From: a virus
Taxonomy: Duplodnaviria; Caudoviricetes
DNA: 27,296 nt
IMG/VR virus record: IMGVR_UViG_3300035216_000549
Span: 1-27,296 of that record
Reading direction: 5' to 3' (one strand)
Made by a program: the position numbers and the translations under genes. Positions 25,801 through 27,296 of the stretch are shown here, one piece after another (the stretch's first letter is position 1; every line of letters begins with the position of its first letter). The notes below the pieces were generated by a model. That model did not search any database, was not told the origin of the DNA, and saw only the letters and a program-made list of their open reading frames with translations.

Positions 25801-27296
25801 TCCAGAGGGAACTAAACTACGTATAGCTCCTACTCCAAATAGCTCGAATTACAGCAAGTCTGTTGAGAGTAATTTCTTATTCAAGTCTAAAATTATAGAC
25901 ATGAAGAAAGTTGGAACTGGTGCAAATGCCAGAATTAGAGTTTATCTTGCTGATCCACTACCAAGAGAAAATTGGCAGAGAGGTGTATTTGGTAGTGAAG
26001 AAACACTACAAGCTAATACCGCTGATTCACCAGTTAAGACATTTGGTATGATGTATATTAATGATGGTGGTTGGACTTATCCTAAGACTGGTGGTAGTTC
26101 ATTCCGCCCTGGAAATGTTAACATTGAAAAGGATACTAAAGGTAGATATACCGATAAAAATGGTACTGCAAATTCTGCAGCAGATGTCGGTACTCACTCC
26201 AATGAAATTTGGTTACCTAACCGTAGTGGAAGAGTTAGAGCAGGTGATATCCTATCATATTCATGGGAGGATATTTTAAGAGTTAATTCTAGAAATGGTA
26301 TTGACACCTATGTAACAGATAATTGGTCAAATGCTGCTTTGACTTCTGCAACTAATACATCAACTGTTACTCTCAGTGGTAGTAATGCTGCTAAATTAAT
26401 AACAGTCTTACGTCCTGGTCATCAACTCTTTGCTAATAATGGTGATGAAATTGGAACAATTTCTTCTATTAGTACTACTTCTATAACTTTAGTAGGAAGT
26501 GCTAAAACAGCTGTTAGTGGAGTTACCAACTGGACATATACTACTACTGGTAAAGTAATTAACTATAGTGCAACTATTAGTAACGTTGCAATTCCAGATA
26601 GTAATGGTTATTCTAAGTGTACTATAAGTGCTGGACCAAATCATATCTTGCATGGTAGAATGCACCTCAAGTTGAAGGATCTATTTGCTACTATTGATGA
26701 AGTTTATGTAAGTCATAGACTAGGTAACTTTGTTAATGATGGTCCTATTGTTAAGACGTTTATTTACTCTGATACTGGCGTTAAGTTAAGTTTCGGTGAG
26801 TATAAAATGTGGCATGAAAATTACGGTAACTATATCCGACCAATCGATAGAACACGTCAGGCAATGTCTGGTAGACAGGGATGGGTTGGTAACTTTGGAT
26901 TAACAAACACTGGTAAGAGAGCAGTTGGTATACAACTAAATGGTGCTTCTTCAATTCAAAGAGGAAGACAGTATAATAGTAGTATATGGTTAACTGCTGT
27001 ACCTGTCCATGCATGGTGGGAGTCAACAGGTTATTCAACTTACATGTTGCAGTCGGATAGATCTAATTCTATTGAAGATAACTATGTTGCAACTACTACA
27101 CCAATTGCGTATGATGGCGCTGGTGCACATAAAATATATGCTCTTAACCACACAAAACTAACAACTGGTTCAGTTTATAGTGCAGTTAATACTGGTAGTT
27201 CTGATGTTGGTGCTGGTTCATTTGATACACAACACTACAGATTGTTGTCTACGAATACAAAACTTAAGTATTCTCTACAAAATGGAACTGTAAGTA
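13808..27296 (+). CDS. Giant virion structural / tail-fibre-like protein, 3'-truncated (at least 4496 codons)
   Basis: Starts MALTRVTSGGIAPG after a late promoter and RBS. The frame was open wherever I spot-checked it, including the last line, and the ORF track lists no stop-terminated ORF in this frame. Motifs typical of cyanophage fibre/structural proteins: PALSFEGDDDTGMY, LYVN...PFKTIERAL, GGVIVPRGTSIVGYDLRKT, SPYIFNCSLRS, KSMVVAQFTG, SITNSNSNFG, RPSILRASSHTWEY.G.G.GNYSTG and GDFYIGN. Confidence 0.88.
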   Translation, partial: MALTRVTSGGIAPGISIKFNAQNEPQMSGNLPALSFEGDDDTGMYQSGSNEISFATGGVKRFTIASDGKLKTYRDSSDSVGTVIGGTNTDFANARNITLYVNQADLNASDDEDNDGGNLNKPFKTIERALLEAAKRSYKADPAPISSANLEAGKTYIITSAGNTDFTSVGASSNTAKVSFIATGTATGTGTATLNNDKFEAFTVMVLPGQYEIDNRPGLDILTNPLTQSVDEDPSDGIAAAAGNLSTGSSWRFNPRNGGVIVPRGTSIVGYDLRKTVIRPKYVPAPFSVEGSIEADSFSLLQIAFDGAIMIERNRGYLIEQAELAMLAGPNNGFGSLTNIEKAACRRDIGYFVDAIIKDLRTGGNEHTFVNAEAYVDGNGYRKEFLNADDSDISQEVLDTRLAFVTATAAMRDIVKSHDDGATYFTEISSNKTINRVTFTPGDGFVSNGDCNSVVNAVAILGKMAEDIIANPDTYTSINTTYTKIGTGAGSITIPLRKTQGVYNQTSIFKVTGGCYFWQMTFKDAEDAPYNSVSFNSSGIPTFTKASSYTGYSHHRVVAFTYADQRNTDGELNQYYAKIDAWQGRSGDISDVRTEEFQIVGDRSKNYTIDTVNSCSPYIFNCSLRSVFGLCGMHTDGYKVAENSFKSMVVAQFTGISLQKDRDVFVSPKDFEGDRDNTAYNDDDPNTSQPPIFADPDAQYKTDCRHFHIKASNGGFIQVVSVFAVGYADQFLAVSGGDMSITNSNSNFGQVSLRAKGSQFRSFTPSSQGRITALVPPRGISDNVTDVTFYNISASNTWSYIGAVGEELSDELKSLRDGYTESGGFRLYLETGATTDDDIPELVVDSEKSDGTIVTKRFLNYGTSGQFALFRDFYNKDGISPDANKIINLPLESTGGESDRTFNIRLTTATSTSDLPTKTIGGSTVQATKNNERIGYFWDPAEKCVYLKVDHTYNVSNGSDAFVSEFIFDSNSEQSFEFVTAIDPNTGITTTELQQVTKNLLKYKTGFPSSLIVKKFSDTRTSQPGDLLWKVEYTIPKYLANNVNPKPPEKRFIIKGTRPGNGESDVPYSDYRFMIWNVEEVQAWEKNTRDGVYYLTVVRADVNEFVDYQIPSGESGAGDNVVSIIKRRPLGISVGNSFSCKTIEAVNLYDKETQLIGNVNYLYPSVNEEGPTYDIRKIWNPPQSDSRVLVEDIGAGTRIKDITVPNYKRYHTSSGTIATAECPFKDIPSLTSMTAEAVHRLVQSLDLRYVVDNGSTTTISTARVSIAPVNTWDSRILNSGETGDEHTSSSALNLYNSNWRFGQPEVLSNGVITPSGRKEVDSEKVTSYNTYGINAEIFDRRIVVSSPNAEGVTGTNINSNALLASSSVNGTGTHTDGLTFAPKLNLYRPSILRASSHTWEYIGLGSGNYSTGFPNLQTRVLKIYEQFIAQGYENGGGFIASSGTNSAGDFYIGNQVIQAGGTSTVTLNVPKLRKSSESNYLDIENIENRISNAVINVTASAGRSASAQSALKDLANFFNIAKLTVSDKANISNLIIGERLFIDRAEINNAGNFPEGNTSAYGFVKGAKPEKTGFISTDTNDKLYVSPKYLDAWRVKRQLISAQAVTLDNNRVYIQPYLQSALSGYATQVSGTNRFFRYEGLTFTNTAVNGVTVSSINDAIELQMAETAGIASFGKIDIQFNMTGIAIQDYYVSGGNNVYFNTAITIPLSYESVDYTTNKIVISRNQNGLGLIDYLKSYLGDGTHTSIIRNFPPIVADGSFGISATESDVKYLKAKLQTDFDAGSYQNINKDNTSEYKDLTVTIATDAEYDQWPDRGCISLREYAKNGTYYIATYKYYKTGYAGTIGTFKLVSNYGAGTNEAGKVHNYTTTYNNGYPGVDSVNVFFTGADTLAFDADRWASESPFIPPLDPTKGVVEEVNIEDAILYRVPEKKLPLAISLDEDYFDQRLPNPYSSKALGVNIQERNEVKRFSPLFSFSQCRQWAENSGFNSSDELELLMKPGYYKLDGTKFPCSLRINGTGVANSSVFAGKEQTRTSAGRMGGYLEDTVKRGDSVYLYRTLGFSAQYGVGNDAIYSGVSGGLSANGSVSLNNVHIIGINESITKNEIPDSIFSADTKTQNARRLVRNAYFTKRDIIKTTVTGNDVSGRPLGNTIGTSGLNGAVELMVKASTNTGESGHSAIAYPIVNSGDIIESNLNESTYGELKSASFADCRYYSISIDAARFTDATGSAATANSRRKFDRMRKYIIPGTTMYWLTNAADKVVVDSDSADVSNLTMSTKVVSVRRHLPSTSLDFDNTSEERLEILVSVYQTASAQTGGNDAAYTNSVEDLNPGAWTGNLRKIVFENEDGAEYTTLTFNWGQEERRRYLPKGIMHEGGYQGPILKRVVTAVTGNGTSTETLVVDNFEDISVGDRVVWRDVNGVDQLNGFRVKTIAKSLANGGYLLTLSDKIPNAVVIPAAGVLSFTKFNVFGDEISKFDIPEIYGILTGKEGSNILLVIDRNPNTRYDSSILSYPFGSGGFGNSPTQLIQLKGTNSYTNGTDGRERASVEDNLLAFSKRTASYQRIRGIPDNRYIYLDIAPEDFAGSSGTLTGSGSANPENESVVNYIENAGIHKDILSLFGSYTQQSIKNAGALGRGYVPTTITFANDYVDGTIETKIATQLASNTALANTRRYNSRLRVVMYPINTAANTAGTKSWRFYAEINSSTGAITAIKTYWSSGSPTASDVLNGEYRFEIIDGRGYVLSPSGRTVSTSSGLNNLSSSDFLIVAKTNLLAGAKIDPITDSVSDGSPFMESVDTDSFGDNDPLTATGKRIFNSWPYAYRSFRRRVPLAGMPVNGNYQSTLLAVDAIPGSDFQLNLTGVTIGAQSVADSKANTFGGGYRGGLIKCRGAQLTLNGTRFRGNLSLDWTGIGTTGTRAANQSAFVAGHSIEMFQMEDQNSFRQIGGSSPAYAITTSGDDEEFRQLSEFNPESNIYLEPGKDPYGTLSDGDARTFPLKTKQAIRRFNKSPNSVIPWSGQSSIASGDLLTKVALFERYQTPYTIVYDYPHSAGVQSEYIAIGANHAVQDADKASAIYLRWNDTNSTVTTYTVTGSGSNISLPRRSLGFFVANNSAGLDVPSNIFFGSNATRLVKSDNIETSYANVSGLNIGNTYNISTSGTITQTESGAYLFVTVNYDRLNAFSSLTAAAGTNINVNTDYLNARRYNYVSTVTSRYQKVTQNRTAKLIVAETSETTNYSEPANYSVSNEDAVFSSSFTTSTVLHLVNVSDPSGTTSGRVVITTDSSNRLTSLYITDPGVGHQTGQQLRLRTSDGGADLSTFQLTVRSNYSDEDFSIFTPGEYKVMLPKNCFILNSIESGNSAKNLKQQINRAKSIFKPGSYILYGGLYYKIARSDLTNNKSYIGVYRYVNSDNITDIRADIIVELEDGDQVPTYPQNTRFDLFDYDNILDYWPTSGRVVIGKRETCDFEKGGSSGDNKGYEIRLSRSMTRYWPHYIRDWEGLDPNNSTDDAVASESIIATELRLSDPVDVTCYGLKRFSSANDSTALAAPFAAESPADITEVDAGICYTTPTGVLTDQTAVVSITSSAENLNADFEKLSIGQTVTIPYRNISQNQTTGNWNNFIVTVGDPQGDKGTNTSTNKEGDRFISGTFRTTQDTVGANDQQTFNIHAKNTNDTSLYEYISPLTAAQFAPNRLSISQFNQRGFRQRGSYLGLRAGVSLTTSQASSNGTGIASNLEGALHFTISPGYSRVMQRVSTWGTYTATFEKISTSTDEFEVIMDVTAIGDGGIYKGQPIYTTCTTTPTLTVSGSAGSWSTAHTAGAYSGLIGYVVGMRGDTITSTEGSQGVVEGYEDGLELTGDGGTGKYRVLLSTAYGAGAGPFGGLTFNQSSTTKTASATIHGKQDSTDYFPYGSNQGMWWNEPGGGVYRLIFKRVVRDDGTNVVYFRYSNGSGTGLTDVGSSGYSGGTSLNSGNYVLLYYQGYYDNSIKLRLDKPLSTSIPEGTKLRIAPTPNSSNYSKSVESNFLFKSKIIDMKKVGTGANARIRVYLADPLPRENWQRGVFGSEETLQANTADSPVKTFGMMYINDGGWTYPKTGGSSFRPGNVNIEKDTKGRYTDKNGTANSAADVGTHSNEIWLPNRSGRVRAGDILSYSWEDILRVNSRNGIDTYVTDNWSNAALTSATNTSTVTLSGSNAAKLITVLRPGHQLFANNGDEIGTISSISTTSITLVGSAKTAVSGVTNWTYTTTGKVINYSATISNVAIPDSNGYSKCTISAGPNHILHGRMHLKLKDLFATIDEVYVSHRLGNFVNDGPIVKTFIYSDTGVKLSFGEYKMWHENYGNYIRPIDRTRQAMSGRQGWVGNFGLTNTGKRAVGIQLNGASSIQRGRQYNSSIWLTAVPVHAWWESTGYSTYMLQSDRSNSIEDNYVATTTPIAYDGAGAHKIYALNHTKLTTGSVYSAVNTGSSDVGAGSFDTQHYRLLSTNTKLKYSLQNGTVS

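Noticed and set aside
15011-27038. Many 60-163 aa ORFs on both strands in the ORF track
   Set aside because: All lie inside the giant frame starting at 13808, which has coherent motifs and codon bias. They look like off-frame or antisense shadows.
1-27296. CRISPR array, diversity-generating retroelement, intron or intein
   Set aside because: I saw no repeat-spacer array, reverse transcriptase, TR/VR pair, interrupted gene or Hint motif by eye. A self dot-plot and HMM scan would be needed to exclude subtle cases.

Overview
AT-rich fragment of a T4-like myovirus genome, most likely a cyanophage (it carries a phage-type cp12 and cyanophage-style virion genes). It covers the tail/baseplate module: gp53 and gp48 on the minus strand, then on the plus strand gp4, gp2, a gp54/gp19-like tube-fold gene, gp26, a gp51-like frame, two paralogous tape-measure-like proteins (one with an M23 peptidase domain, one with a GH24 lysozyme domain), a gp27-like hub, CP12 and gp5. 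A small sigma70-promoter island (62-codon ORF plus tRNA-Leu UAA) follows, then a giant virion/fibre ORF of at least 4496 codons that starts at 13808, runs off the window and is missing from the ORF track. The best candidates for something undescribed are: (1) a probable programmed -1 frameshift (T TTT TTC, 4373-4379) fusing gp26 to a gp51-like frame that has no proper start, in the tube / G-GT chaperone / tape-measure arrangement known from lambda and P2; (2) a long hairpin spanning the late promoter that would hide the giant gene's RBS on early read-through transcripts; (3) twin tape-measure-like paralogs with different cell-wall hydrolases, next to a gp5 that appears to lack lysozyme. All family assignments come from recognising motifs by eye; no searches were run.
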